64,000 bases of DNA from Candidatus Marinacidobacterium sp. (GCA_965220965.1 OZ244852.1:1664001-1728000); one strand, 5' to 3'. Shown: positions 39,059-49,772, numbered from the stretch's first letter. The notes: generated from the sequence alone by a model not told the origin. Program-made: numbers and translations.

Positions 39059-40189
39059 TTAGCCCCAGGACCACCAGTTATCGCGGTCAGGCGGTTTCGG
39101 CTTCTCGTGGAACGGGGTCGGCGGCAGATCGAACAGACGCGTCGCGAGGAACTGGTGGAAGTCGGTCACGACCCGCTCCAGATCCACCAGCTTCCCGCCA
39201 CGACCCCTGGCGGCGGTCATGCCCCTTTGCGCGCGCTCGCAGATGATCCTGTCCTCCTCATAGAAGGCTTCGGTGAATCGCTCGGCCGCCCGGTCGGTGC
39301 GCATGCCCGCCTCCGTGCCCATCGCCCCGGAACGGATCGCCGTCCGGTCCGGGCCGATCGGGTGGGCCGACAGCCAGCCGAGGTTGCCGTTCGTGAGAAT
39401 CCCGACGAACGAGGGCGCCATGGACAGGAGGATGTAGTGGCGATCGATGCGCCGCCACCCGGTGGTGAGCGAACCACCGGTGAGCGACCACTCCGAGTTG
39501 CCCGCGATGTAGTAGGCGCCCCGCGTCGGTGAGATGCGCTCGAGCGTGTCCTTGTGCACCCGGAACAGGTGGTAGCTCTCCATCGCGTTCTCGAGCACCA
39601 GCTTCCAGTTGGCGTTCCAGACCTGCGGCTCCCCGCTCGAGGCGGTGTCGAACGTCTCCACCTCGAATTCCCGGAGGTACGCCGCCATGTTGGCGAATCG
39701 CTCGCCGAGCGGTGCGGGGGCGTCACCCAGATGCACGAAGACCAGGCCATTCCACGTGTCGCACCCGAACTGCCGCAGGCGATGGCGTTCCCGGTCCACC
39801 TCGATGAGCTTGCTGTAGGGGATGGCCTTCAGCTCGCCGGTCAGGTCGTACGCCCACGCGTGGTAGGGGCAGATGATGTTCCGCTCCACCGTTCCAAAGC
39901 CCTCGTCGAGCAGCGGCGTGCCCCGGTGGCGGCAGACGTTCGAGAGCGCCCGCAGTTGGCCGGCCCGGTCGCGCACGACCACGATCGGCTCACCGGCGAG
40001 CGTCATGGCGAAACAGTCGCCGGGCCTGGCGAGCTCCGCCTCCTGACACGCGAAGACCCACTCGCCCTGGAAGATCTTCCGGACTTCCTCGGCATACACC
40101 GCTTCATCGACATAGGCCGCGAACGAGAGGGAACGGGCCTCCTCCAGCGGCTTGATGGCCTCTTCGCGCAACCGCTCCAGTGCGTTCAT
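39059..40189 (-). CDS. Rieske non-heme iron oxygenase alpha subunit (choline monooxygenase/betaine demethylase-like)
   Basis: CRH...CPYH Rieske ligands; NWK...ENAMESYHLFRVH; EED. Confidence 0.88.
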   Translation of the reverse strand: MNALERLREEAIKPLEEARSLSFAAYVDEAVYAEEVRKIFQGEWVFACQEAELARPGDCFAMTLAGEPIVVVRDRAGQLRALSNVCRHRGTPLLDEGFGTVERNIICPYHAWAYDLTGELKAIPYSKLIEVDRERHRLRQFGCDTWNGLVFVHLGDAPAPLGERFANMAAYLREFEVETFDTASSGEPQVWNANWKLVLENAMESYHLFRVHKDTLERISPTRGAYYIAGNSEWSLTGGSLTTGWRRIDRHYILLSMAPSFVGILTNGNLGWLSAHPIGPDRTAIRSGAMGTEAGMRTDRAAERFTEAFYEEDRIICERAQRGMTAARGRGGKLVDLERVVTDFHQFLATRLFDLPPTPFHEKPKPPDRDNWWSWG

Positions 40190-40220
40190 CCGTCTCTCCT
40201 GGCGGCCTGCCGGCCCTGAT

Positions 40221-41465
40221 TCATCGGCCGTGGGTGGCGGCCCAGTGGAGGGGTCCGCCGTGGCCGGCCGGGAAGCCGTATCCGAGCACCCAGATCAGGT
40301 CGATGTGCGAGGGGTGGCGGGCTATGCCTTCATCGAGGATGCGGCGGCCCTCGGTGATCAGCGCGGTGAGCGCGCGTTCGAGGATTTCCGACGCGGTGAC
40401 CGCGCGCCGGGCGACGCCGCGCGCGCGGGACGCTTCCTCGACGAGCCGGTTCACCTCCGGATCGGGCAAGGCGTCGCGGGAACCGGGCGCGTAGCGGTAG
40501 AACCCGGCCCCGGTCTTCTGACCGAGACGACCGAGCGCCACGAGGTCGTCCGCGACCGTCGGCGGCGGCTCGGGTTCGCCCCGGCGGACGGCTTCCCGCG
40601 CCTGGCGGCGCCGCACCGCGCGCCCGATGTCGAGGCCGGCCAGGTCGGCGACCTCGTAGGGGCCCATGCGGAAGCCGAAGCGTTTGAGCGCGCCGTCGAC
40701 TTCGTGGGGGAGCGCGCCCTCGAGGAGCAGTTCGTCGGCGGCGCGGCGGTAGGCGTAGAGCATCCGGTTCCCGACGAAGCCGTCGCAGACGCCCACCGGA
40801 ACCGGAGCCTTGCCGAGGCGGGTTCCGAGCGCGAGCGTGGTGGCGAGCGTCCGGGGCGCGGTCCGGTCGCCCACCACGACTTCGAGGAGGCGCATCACGT
40901 GCGCCGGGCTGAAGAAGTGGGCGCCCACGACGGACTCCGGGCGGCCGGAGGCCTCGGCGATGCGGTTCACATCGAGCGAGGAGGTGTTCGTGGCGAGGAC
41001 GGAGCTCTCCGGAGCGACGGCGCCCAGCCGGGCGAACAGCCCGGTCTTCACGTCCAGATCCTCGAAGACCGCCTCGACCACGAAGTCGCTCGCCGCCGCG
41101 GCCTCGAGGGAGGACGCCCGGCCGATCCGCTCCAGCCGGCGGTCCGCCTCGGGCTGGTCGATCCGCTCCCGGGAGACCGCGCGGGCGAGGCTCCCGGCGA
41201 CCGACTCCCGGCCCGCGGTCCACGCGGCGTCGGAGGTCTCGAAGACGCTGACCGGAACGCCCGCCGCCGCGAACGCGAGCGAGATCCCCCGACCCATCGT
41301 CCCGAAGCCGAGGACGGCGGCGGAGGCGACCGCATCCGGCTCGACGCCGGAAGGAGGGCGGGAGGCGTGGCGCGCCGCCCGCTCGAGGTGGGCCCGGGCC
41401 TCGGCCGCCCCGGACGGAGTCGGCGGAGCGAAGGGAGGCGGGAGCGGGTCCGGAGCGGTCGGCAC
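40221..41465 (-). CDS. 3-hydroxyacyl-CoA dehydrogenase (two C-terminal domains)
   Basis: GFGTMGRGI, EAVFED, TNTSSL, HFFSPAHVM, GFVGNR, GQKTGAGFY. Confidence 0.9.
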   Translation of the reverse strand: MPTAPDPLPPPFAPPTPSGAAEARAHLERAARHASRPPSGVEPDAVASAAVLGFGTMGRGISLAFAAAGVPVSVFETSDAAWTAGRESVAGSLARAVSRERIDQPEADRRLERIGRASSLEAAAASDFVVEAVFEDLDVKTGLFARLGAVAPESSVLATNTSSLDVNRIAEASGRPESVVGAHFFSPAHVMRLLEVVVGDRTAPRTLATTLALGTRLGKAPVPVGVCDGFVGNRMLYAYRRAADELLLEGALPHEVDGALKRFGFRMGPYEVADLAGLDIGRAVRRRQAREAVRRGEPEPPPTVADDLVALGRLGQKTGAGFYRYAPGSRDALPDPEVNRLVEEASRARGVARRAVTASEILERALTALITEGRRILDEGIARHPSHIDLIWVLGYGFPAGHGGPLHWAATHGR

Positions 41466-41593
41466 GAGGGCGGGATCCTACGGCGGTCCGGGGACCGAGG
41501 GAGCGTCCGCCCTCAGGACCTCTCCGCCCTCCGCCGGGAGGCGAGAGCGTTCGGAGGCCCTATATTGGAGCGGCGCAGGGAGGCGCCCCACCC

Positions 41594-42082
41594 ATGACGA
41601 AGATGCTGAAAGCCGCCCTGGTTGTCGCGCTCCTCGGACTCGCGTTCGGAAGCGGATGGCTGGCGTCCGGGATCGGGGTTGGCCGGCGGGCGCCCGCCAG
41701 TTCGCTCGAAGCGCGCGAGGCGGCGTTCCTCGAGCGGATGACGAACGTCGCGCTCGACGGGAGCTTCACGGTGGCGTGGCCCGAAGCGCGCGAGGGCGAG
41801 TTCCGCGATCGCTACGAGATTTCCTCGGTCGAGAAACTGGACGGGAACCGGTGGCGGTTCAACGCCCGGGTGATCTACGGGAGCGTCGATGTCACCGCGC
41901 CGGTCGTCGTCCCGATGGAGTTCGTCGGGGACGTGCCGGTCATCGTGCTGAAGGACGCGGCGCTGCCGGGACTCGGGGACGAGTTCGGCGCGGTGGTGTC
42001 GTTCGATGGAGATCGCTACGCGGGAACCTGGGACCACGGGGAGGTGGGAGGTTTCCTCTACGGCCGCATCGAACCGCAGTAG
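41594..42082 (+). CDS. Exported hypothetical protein
   Basis: GGGAGG RBS, N-terminal hydrophobic segment, coding-like composition. Confidence 0.75.
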   Translation: MTKMLKAALVVALLGLAFGSGWLASGIGVGRRAPASSLEAREAAFLERMTNVALDGSFTVAWPEAREGEFRDRYEISSVEKLDGNRWRFNARVIYGSVDVTAPVVVPMEFVGDVPVIVLKDAALPGLGDEFGAVVSFDGDRYAGTWDHGEVGGFLYGRIEPQ

Positions 42083-42126
42083 CGGTCTCCGTTAGGGCTC
42101 CCCGGCCAGGAGCCGCGGGAAGCCTC

Positions 42127-42855
42127 TCAGCTCCTGGGCTTGAGCAGCGCCGCGCGGCGCGCGGTGGACTCCGGGGAGAACCAGGTCTCGAGGAAGCCCT
42201 CGCGCTTTTCGTCGCGGCTTCCGGCGGCCCGGCCGGCGTAGGGGTTCCGGAGCTCGAGCTTGGTGTGCTCGTAGGCGCCTCGGGGAAGCGCTCCGAGTTC
42301 GCCGGCGAGCGTGCGGGCGTGCGGGAGGAGCTCCTCGGGTGGGGCGAGTTCGTGGAGGAAGCCGTTTTGGACCGCTTCCTCCGGCCCGGTGAGGGCGCCC
42401 CGGAGGAGCACCCCGGAGGTGCGCGTCGCCGGAATCGCGGCGCGCAGGATCTCGAAGGCGATCGCGGGGAAGACCACCCCGAGCGACACCTCGGAGACGC
42501 CGACCCGGTAGTCGCCCTCGGCCCCCAGCCGGAAGTCGCACGCGGCGGCCAGAATGGCTCCTCCGGCGACGGCGTGGCCGTTCACCGCGGCGACCGTGGG
42601 CGTCGGAAAGAGGAACAGCCGGGCGAGGAGGTCCTCGAAGTCGCCGAGGAACCGGCTCATGCCCGGACGGTCCGACGGAAGCCCCGTCAGGTCGAGGCCC
42701 GCCGAGAAGAACTTCCCGGACCCGGTGAGCACGACCGGCGCGGCGTCCTCCTGCGCCCGGTCGAGGCCGGCGCCGAGACGGGCGACCAGTTCGGGCCCGA
42801 TGGCGTTCGCCCGGCCGGTATCGAGCGTGAGGACTGCGGCCCCGGAAGCGGTCAT
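42127..42855 (-). CDS. Enoyl-CoA hydratase/isomerase family protein
   Basis: FSAGLDL, AAVNGHAVAGG, SEVSLG. Confidence 0.9.
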   Translation of the reverse strand: MTASGAAVLTLDTGRANAIGPELVARLGAGLDRAQEDAAPVVLTGSGKFFSAGLDLTGLPSDRPGMSRFLGDFEDLLARLFLFPTPTVAAVNGHAVAGGAILAAACDFRLGAEGDYRVGVSEVSLGVVFPAIAFEILRAAIPATRTSGVLLRGALTGPEEAVQNGFLHELAPPEELLPHARTLAGELGALPRGAYEHTKLELRNPYAGRAAGSRDEKREGFLETWFSPESTARRAALLKPRS

Positions 42856-42882
42856 CGAGCGTTCCGGGGCCGCGGCGTTCGA

Positions 42883-43515
42883 CTACTCGAGGCCTTCGAG
42901 CGCTTCCATCAGCGGGCCGTAGTCATCCACGATCTGGTAGTCGTAGTTGACGTACCGGAGGATGCCTTCGCGGTCCACCACGAACGTGGCGCGGGAGGCG
43001 TAGGTGGCCCCGTTGATCTCGAGCGGCTTCACGCCGTACGCGTCCACCACTTCGGTCGTGCGGTCCGAGAGCAGCACGAGCGCGGGCAGTTCGCCTTCGG
43101 CGGCCTGCGGGCGGCCGCCCTTGTCGGCCGAGAAGCTCTCCATCCAGTTCCACTGGGAGAACGGAGAGTCGACACTGATTCCGAAAACCATGGCGCCTGC
43201 ATCCAGAAACTTCTGGATGTCGTCCCTGTAGGACGAAAACTGGCGCGTTCAACCACCCGTCCAGTCGGCGACATAGAAGGCGAGCACGATGTTCTTCTCG
43301 CCGATCACGTCCTGGAGCGCGATGCTGGTCGCGCCGGGGCGTTCCCCGGCGGTGGAGGGCAGCGCGTTCGGGAAGGCGGGCGCCCGGTCTCCCACCTTGA
43401 GCGGTCCGTCCTGGGCCATCGCGTCAGGAGCGGCCGGTCCGGCGGCGAGGCCGAAGGCGAGGGCTGCGGCGACGCCGAGGAGCGACGCCTGACGCAGCAA
43501 AACGGGGAGCTTCAT
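42883..43515 (-). CDS. AhpC/TSA-family peroxiredoxin with in-frame UGA at the catalytic position (probable selenoprotein)
   Basis: Signal peptide, LKVGDRAPAF, LAFYVADWTGG-TGA(43249-43251)-TRQF..., in frame with GISVDSPFS...SRATFVVD; 210 aa in total. Confidence 0.85.
43220..43236 (-). promoter_or_regulatory. Candidate bacterial SECIS hairpin
   Basis: mRNA UCGUCC-UACAG-GGACGA starting 12 nt after the UGA. Confidence 0.55.
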
Positions 43516-43770
43516 GGGGGACCTCCGCGGAGAAGGACATGGGATGGGTTCGGGGAGATTGTGGCATGAAGGCGATCCGCGCTGGAGCAGCGCCGGCCGA
43601 TGACGCCCGCCAGGGCTGGCGACGCGCGCGGCGAGCCGCGATCGTCCTGATCTGGCGCGACCCCCTCGCGCCCCGCCCATCGCTCCGTCCGGGTGGTAGG
43701 CTTGATTTTCCCGAATTTCTCCCCTCCCGCCGGGGTGTGGCGGAACCGAACCGAGAGGCATGGTGGACTG

Positions 43771-44247
43771 GTGAGTCTGAGTTTTCGTTCGCGTCTGGAG
43801 GCCGAGGTGCGGGCCCTCGAAGAGGAGCTGCACCTCCACCTCCCGAAGCAGATCAAGGAGGCGCGGGAGCACGGCGACCTCTCGGAGAACGCGGAGTACG
43901 AGGCGGCGAAGGAACGGCAGGGGTACGTCGCGGTGCGGCTGACCCAGTTGAAGAAGCGGCTCGCCGACCTGTCCATGCTGAACCTCGAGAACATCCCGGC
44001 CGACCGGGTGTCGCTCGGGAGCGTGGTGAAGGTCATGGACCTGGACACCGAGGAGGAGCAGCGCTACGAACTGGTCGTGAGCGAGGAAGCCGACGCCGCG
44101 AAGGGCAAGGTCTCCACCGGCTCGCCGATCGGGCGCGCGCTGATGGGCTCGCGGGTGGGCGACGAAGTGAACGTCCGGACCCCGAAGGGGGAGCGGGAGC
44201 TTGAGGTGCTCGACCTGAAGACCATCCACGAACGGGGGGCAAAGTGA
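43771..44247 (+). CDS. greA: Transcription elongation factor GreA
   Basis: AREHGDLSENAEYEAAKERQ, SPIGRALMG; start approximate. Confidence 0.93.
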   Translation: MSLSFRSRLEAEVRALEEELHLHLPKQIKEAREHGDLSENAEYEAAKERQGYVAVRLTQLKKRLADLSMLNLENIPADRVSLGSVVKVMDLDTEEEQRYELVVSEEADAAKGKVSTGSPIGRALMGSRVGDEVNVRTPKGERELEVLDLKTIHERGAK

Positions 44248-45611
44248 TCGAGCAGGCGCGGGGATCCGGCGGAGCCGCGCGCATCGGCCGAAGGGGCGTT
44301 CCCGCGGCGCTGGCGCTGCTGCTCGGCGCCGGACCGGTGACGGCGGCCGAGGTCCATCAGGTGGACGTCGTGGACATCATCCACGCGGTCTCGGCGGCGC
44401 GGGTCCTCGAGACGATCGGGGCGGCGGAGGAGGCGGAGGCCGACCTGGTCCTCGTGCGGCTGGACACCCCCGGCGGTCTCGACACCTCGATGCGCGAGAT
44501 CATCGAGGCGATCCTGAACAGCGAAGTCCCGGTCGCGGTCTACGTCGGGCCCTCGGGGTCGCGGGCGGCGTCCGCCGGCTACCTCATCACGCTGGCGGCG
44601 GACGTTTCGGGCATGGCGCCCGGCACCAACATGGGCGCGGCCACTCCGGTCTCCACCGGCGGCGAGATGCCGGAGACGCTGAGCCGGAAGGTGGAGTCCG
44701 ACGCCGCGGCCTACCTGCGCTCGATCGCCGAGCGGCGCGGACGGGACGTGGAGCTCGCCGAACAGGGCGTGACGGAGGCGCGGAGCTGGACCGCTTCGGA
44801 AGCGCTCGAGGCCGGGCTGATCGACCTGGTAGCGGATGACGCCGCGGCCTTCGTGGAGGCGCTCCACGGCCGGACGGTGCGGCGCATCGACGGGGAGGAG
44901 GTCGTGCTGGACACCGAGGGCGCGACGATCGTCCAGACCGAGATGTCGATCCGGGACCGCGCGCTCTCCGTCATCGCGAACCCGAGCCTGGCGGTCCTGC
45001 TGGGGATGGTGGGGCTGCTCGGCCTCTACCTCGAGTTCTCGAATCCGGGGCTGCTGATCCCCGGAGTCCTGGGCGTCATCGCGCTGCTGCTGGCCGGGTT
45101 CGGACTGAACCTGCTGCCGGTGAGCGCCCTAGGGATCGCGCTCCTGCTCGTCGGGATCGGGCTCCTGACGGCGGAAGCTCTCACCCCGTCCTTCGGGCTG
45201 ATGGGGCTGTCGGGCGCCGTCGCGCTCGTTCTCGGGCTACTCTTTTTCTATGAGGAGCAGTCGCTGCCGACGCCGGCGCTGGACCTGAGCGTGGGACTCG
45301 TGATCCCCACGGTCATCGTCTTCGCGGTGATCGTGTTCTTCCTCGGCCAGATGGTGGTCCGCTCCCAGCGGAATCCACCGGTCAGCGGGGTCGAGGGCAT
45401 GGTCGGGGACCTGGCCACCGCCAGCACCGATATCGCCGCCGGCGGAACCGGCAAGGTCTTCATCCAGGGCGAGTACTGGGACGCCGAGGCGACGGCCGCG
45501 ATCTCCTCGGGAGAGCGGGCGCCGGTCCTCGCGGTCGAGGGGCTCCTGCTGCGCGTGGGGCCGGCGGTCCGCCGCGGCCTTGCGCAGCCCGCTTCCGACC
45601 AGGACGAGTGA
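44244..45611 (+). CDS. nfeD: NfeD family membrane serine protease (ClpP-class)
   Basis: LDTPGGL, RAASAG, GAATPV, TM region, C-terminal OB-fold GEYWDA. Confidence 0.92.
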   Translation: MIEQARGSGGAARIGRRGVPAALALLLGAGPVTAAEVHQVDVVDIIHAVSAARVLETIGAAEEAEADLVLVRLDTPGGLDTSMREIIEAILNSEVPVAVYVGPSGSRAASAGYLITLAADVSGMAPGTNMGAATPVSTGGEMPETLSRKVESDAAAYLRSIAERRGRDVELAEQGVTEARSWTASEALEAGLIDLVADDAAAFVEALHGRTVRRIDGEEVVLDTEGATIVQTEMSIRDRALSVIANPSLAVLLGMVGLLGLYLEFSNPGLLIPGVLGVIALLLAGFGLNLLPVSALGIALLLVGIGLLTAEALTPSFGLMGLSGAVALVLGLLFFYEEQSLPTPALDLSVGLVIPTVIVFAVIVFFLGQMVVRSQRNPPVSGVEGMVGDLATASTDIAAGGTGKVFIQGEYWDAEATAAISSGERAPVLAVEGLLLRVGPAVRRGLAQPASDQDE

Positions 45612-45771
45612 CGGCGGAGGAGTCGCCCGGCGCGGCTCTCCCGCCAACGTTCGCCGCGCCAGGCTCCCCGGACGCGCTCCGCGGCGCTTCGGTCAGAATA
45701 TCCCTGAGGCCAGCGCCCCCGCCGGGGGCCCTGGCGCCTACCTGACTTCATCCAGAGGCGGCTAAACGCTC

Positions 45772-46548
45772 ATGTTCGGACTCCCCCTCGGCGCACTCCT
45801 CGCCATCACCTTCGGCGCGATCTTCATCCTGAACTGGATCAAGGTGCTGAACGAGTACGAGCGGGGGGTCGTGTTCCGCTTCGGCAAACTGCTCCCCACG
45901 ATCAAGGGCCCCGGCCTGATCCTCGTCTTCTCCCCGATTGATCGTCTGGTCCGGGTCAGCCTGCGGGTCGTGGCGTTCGATGTGCCGCCGCAGGACATCA
46001 TCACCCGCGACAACGTGTCGGTGAAGGTGAACGCCGTCGTGTTCTACCGGGTGGTGGAGCCGAAGAACGCCATCATCGCCGTCGAGGACTTCCGCTACGC
46101 GACCTCGCAGTTGGCGCAGACCACGCTGCGGAGCGTGCTCGGACAGGTGGAGCTGGACGACCTGCTATCCCAGCGGGACCGGCTGAACCAGCAGCTCCAG
46201 GGCATCCTGGACAAGAGCACCGACCCGTGGGGGATCAAGGTGGCTTCGGTGGAGGTCAAGCACGTCGACCTTCCGTCCGAGATGACCCGGGCGCTGGCGA
46301 AGCAGGCGGAGGCCGAGCGCGAGAAGCGCGCCAAGGTGATCCACGCCGAGGGCGAACTGCAGGCCTCGGAACAGCTTTCCCAGGCGGCGAAGGTCGTCGG
46401 GTCCCATCCGCTGGGCGCCCAGTTGCGCTACCTCCAGACGCTGACGGAGATCGCCTCCGAAAAGAACTCGACGATCATCTTCCCGTTGCCGCTGGACCTG
46501 GTGAAGCCGTTCGCCTCGCTCATGGAGAAGATGGGATCCGACCGCTGA
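45772..46548 (+). CDS. SPFH/stomatin (slipin) family protein
   Basis: [37 protein letters not shown]. Confidence 0.95.
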   Translation: MFGLPLGALLAITFGAIFILNWIKVLNEYERGVVFRFGKLLPTIKGPGLILVFSPIDRLVRVSLRVVAFDVPPQDIITRDNVSVKVNAVVFYRVVEPKNAIIAVEDFRYATSQLAQTTLRSVLGQVELDDLLSQRDRLNQQLQGILDKSTDPWGIKVASVEVKHVDLPSEMTRALAKQAEAEREKRAKVIHAEGELQASEQLSQAAKVVGSHPLGAQLRYLQTLTEIASEKNSTIIFPLPLDLVKPFASLMEKMGSDR

Positions 46549-46671
46549 CGGGCCGGGGAGCGCGGGGGCCCCTGACCCCCGGCGATACCTCAAGTATTAC
46601 TTGAGCAATTCGCCGTAAGTGGTGGTAGGATCGGGGACAGTGCGGGGATTTCCCTCGTGCTGGAGGCCGTC

Positions 46672-47364
46672 ATGAGCACCCCCCCGGATCACGACTACTA
46701 CGACATCCAGTTCAGCACCCGGCAACTGGCCCTGCTCTTCGGGCTGCTCGTGGTGATCGTCGGAGGGGTCTTTGTCGGCGGCATCGTGATCGGCCGCAAC
46801 ATGTCGTACGACGCCCGGACGGTCATCGCGGAACGCGGGGTGAACGAACCGCTGGTTCCGCCGGGCGGTCCGGCGGAGACGACTCCGGCCGCCGCGCCGA
46901 CCGGCGCTCCGGAGCAGGCGACGCAGGTGACTGCGGTGGAGGCGGCCCCCGCGCCGCAGCCGATTCCGGCGCCGGTGGAGCCCCGGATGGAGACCCCGTC
47001 CGCGGCGGAGGCCACGGCCCGGATGGCGGAAGTTCCTGGCGGGTTCGCGACGGATCAGGCGCAAGGCGAACCGCAGACCGCGCGGATCGCCGAGCCGCCG
47101 CCCTCTCCTTCACCGGCGGCCGCCTCCGCGCCCACCGGACGGTTCACGATCCAGGTGGCGGCGTTCCGGGACCGCGCCGCGGCCGAGCGGCTGCTCTCGC
47201 AGATCAACGCCATGGGCCTCGACGGCTACCTCGAGGGAACGCCCGCCGGGATCTTCCGGGTCCGCGTGGGGCGCTTCGCCACCCGGGAAGACGCCCGGGC
47301 CGTCGCCACCCGGCTCGAGGCCGAGGAACTGGCGGCGCTCGTCACGAGCCGTTCGGAAGGCTGA
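46672..47364 (+). CDS. SPOR-domain cell division protein (FtsN/DedD-like)
   Basis: TM helix, Pro/Ala linker, FTIQVAAF...FRVRVGRF. Confidence 0.85.
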   Translation: MSTPPDHDYYDIQFSTRQLALLFGLLVVIVGGVFVGGIVIGRNMSYDARTVIAERGVNEPLVPPGGPAETTPAAAPTGAPEQATQVTAVEAAPAPQPIPAPVEPRMETPSAAEATARMAEVPGGFATDQAQGEPQTARIAEPPPSPSPAAASAPTGRFTIQVAAFRDRAAAERLLSQINAMGLDGYLEGTPAGIFRVRVGRFATREDARAVATRLEAEELAALVTSRSEG

Positions 47365-47474
47365 AGGCTGACCCGCGGGACGCCTCTTTCATCGCCCCGA
47401 CCGAGGAGCCCTCGGGCTAGGATTTCGCGGTAGGGGGGAGCGGTGATCCTGTCGGGAGAAAGGCGGCCGTCGTG

Positions 47475-48570
47475 ATGCAGGAACTTCTGGAACGCTACAA
47501 CGCGCTGGCGCCGCGGGTGGCGGTGATCCGGGGGTTTCTTTGACCCGGACGGGCTCGCCAGCCAGATCGCGGAACTCGACGAGAAGCTGACCGACGCGGG
47601 GGTCTGGTCCGCCTCGGGCGACGGAGAGGCTCTCTCCCGGAAACGCGCCGAGCTGGACGGGGAACGCACCCGCGGCGCCGCGTTCGCCGAGCTGGCCGAG
47701 GAGGTCGAGACGCTCGTCGAGTGGGCGCGCGACGGGGAGGAGGTCGAAGACGACCTCGCCGAACACCTGACCCGGCTCGAGGCGGCTCTCGACGACTTCG
47801 AGCTCCGGCGGCTGTTCGGGGAAGAACACGACGCCGAGGACGCGATCGTCACGATCAATCCGGGCGCCGGCGGGACCGACGCCCAGGACTGGGCCGGGAT
47901 GCTGCTGTCCATGTACATCCGGTGGGCGCGGAGCCGGGACTTCGAGGTGCGGATCCTCGACGAACAGCCGGCGGAAGAGGCGGGGATCAAGAGCGCGACG
48001 CTCGAAGTCCGCGGCGACCACGCCTACGGCCGGCTGCGGGTGGAGTCCGGCATCCACCGGCTCGTCCGCATGTCCCCCTTCGACACCCAGCACCGCCGCC
48101 ACACCTCGTTCGCCTCGGTCGCCGCCTTCCCCGACCTCGACGACCGGATCGAAATCGAGGTGGACGAGAACGACCTGCGCATCGACACCTTCCGGGCCAG
48201 CGGCAAGGGCGGGCAGCACGTGAACGTGACCGATTCGGCGGTGCGGATCACCCACCTGCCCACCGGGATCGTGGTGTCCTGCCAGAACGAACGGTCCCAG
48301 CACCGCAACCGCGACAGCGCCATGAAGGTGCTGCGGGCGCGGCTCTACGACCGGGCGGTCCAGGAGGCGAAGGCCCGCGAGGAGGCGCAGAAGGAGAGCC
48401 TCGGGGAAAACACCTGGGGCAACCAGATCCGCTCCTATGTCTTCCAGCCCTACCGGCTGGTGAAGGACCACCGCACGAACTTCCAGATGGGCGATGTGGA
48501 CAAGGTCATGGGCGGCGATCTGGACGGCTTCATCAAGGCGGGGCTTACGCACGCCGCCCAGGGGCGGTGA
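47475..48570 (+). CDS. prfB: Peptide chain release factor 2 with programmed +1 frameshift
   Basis: 22 codons, then CGGGGG-TTT-CTT-TGA-C (CTT 47538-40); +1 frame continues to SPF and GGQ motifs. Confidence 0.95.
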
Positions 48571-48607
48571 TGGGAGCGTCGCCGTCGGCTGCTAGCCTCC
48601 CCGCGCC

Positions 48608-49750
48608 GTGACGGGAGAACTCAGGCGGACGCCGCTCCACGCGCTCCATCGGGAGCTCGGGGGGCGGATGGTCCCCTTCGGCGGGTGGGAGATGCCGGTG
48701 CAGTTCGGGGGGGTCGTGGCGGAGCACCTGGCGGTCCGGCGCGAGGCTGGCCTCTTCGATGTGAGCCACATGGGGGAGTTCCGGGTGAAGGGACCCGAGG
48801 CCGTCGCCCTGCTCCAGCGGCTCACCCCCAACGACGTGGAGGCGCTGCGGGTCGGACGGGCGCACTACTCGGCGCTCACCACCGACTCGGGCGGCATCGT
48901 GGATGACCTGGTCATCTATCGCCGGGCGCTCGACGAGTTCCTGATCGTGGCGAACGCCGCGAACACCGCGAAGGACCTGGCGTGGATCCGGGAGCGCGGC
49001 GGGAGCGCCGCCGACTGCGTCACCGACATCAGCGACGAGACGGCGCTCATCGCGCTCCAGGGGCCGAAGGCCCAGACGATCCTCGAGCCGCTGACGGATA
49101 TGGATCTCGCCTCGGTCCGCTACTACCGCTTCGCCGACGGCGCGATCTGCGGCGTCCGGGGCACGGTGGCGCGGATGGGGTACACCGGCGAGGACGGGTT
49201 CGAGATCATGCTTCCGGCGGGCGAGGCCGAGGGCGTGGCCCGGCGGATCCTCGACGCCGGCGCCGCCGAGGGACTCGCGCCGGCGGGCCTCGGGGCGCGG
49301 GACACGCTCCGCCTCGAGGCCCGCATGGCCCTCCACGGCCAGGACATCGACGAGGACCACACCGTCGAGGAAGCGGACCTCGGCTGGATCGTGAAGCCGG
49401 ACAAGGGCGAGTTCATCGGAAGGGCGGCGATCCTGGCGCAGCGGGAGGCCGGCGTGTCCCGGAAGCTGGTGGGCTTCGAGATGCGCGACCGGGGAATCGC
49501 CCGCAGCGGTTACCCGGTCCGGGTGGACGGCGAGCCGTGCGGCGCGGTGACGAGCGGCGCCCACACCCCCTTCCTGAAGAAGGCGATCGGCCTGGCCTAC
49601 CTGCCGGCCGGCGCCAACGAGCCCGGAACGCGCTTCGAAGTGGAAATCCGCGGACGCCGGGTCGCGGCCGAAGTCGTCCCCACCCCGTTCTACGTCCGCC
49701 CCGGCCGACGGAAGAAGAAAAAGCGGCGCCGGGCCGCGCCCACCGCCTGA
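48608..49750 (+). CDS. gcvT: Glycine cleavage system aminomethyltransferase T
   Basis: [35 protein letters not shown]. Confidence 0.96.
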   Translation: MTGELRRTPLHALHRELGGRMVPFGGWEMPVQFGGVVAEHLAVRREAGLFDVSHMGEFRVKGPEAVALLQRLTPNDVEALRVGRAHYSALTTDSGGIVDDLVIYRRALDEFLIVANAANTAKDLAWIRERGGSAADCVTDISDETALIALQGPKAQTILEPLTDMDLASVRYYRFADGAICGVRGTVARMGYTGEDGFEIMLPAGEAEGVARRILDAGAAEGLAPAGLGARDTLRLEARMALHGQDIDEDHTVEEADLGWIVKPDKGEFIGRAAILAQREAGVSRKLVGFEMRDRGIARSGYPVRVDGEPCGAVTSGAHTPFLKKAIGLAYLPAGANEPGTRFEVEIRGRRVAAEVVPTPFYVRPGRRKKKKRRRAAPTA

Positions 49751-49772
49751 CTCCCCGAAAAGGACTCCACCG

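Noticed and set aside
40810-43569. Very long alternative-frame ORFs (e.g. 919, 792 and 716 aa)
   Set aside because: Arg/Gly/Pro-rich or antisense shadows of well-supported genes, expected at this GC content.
43249-44229. 326-aa minus-strand ORF
   Set aside because: Only the last 89 codons are real (peroxiredoxin N-terminus); the rest is antisense to greA.
47475-48570. prfB as a frameshifted pseudogene
   Set aside because: The shift lies at the canonical CTT-TGA-C programmed site.
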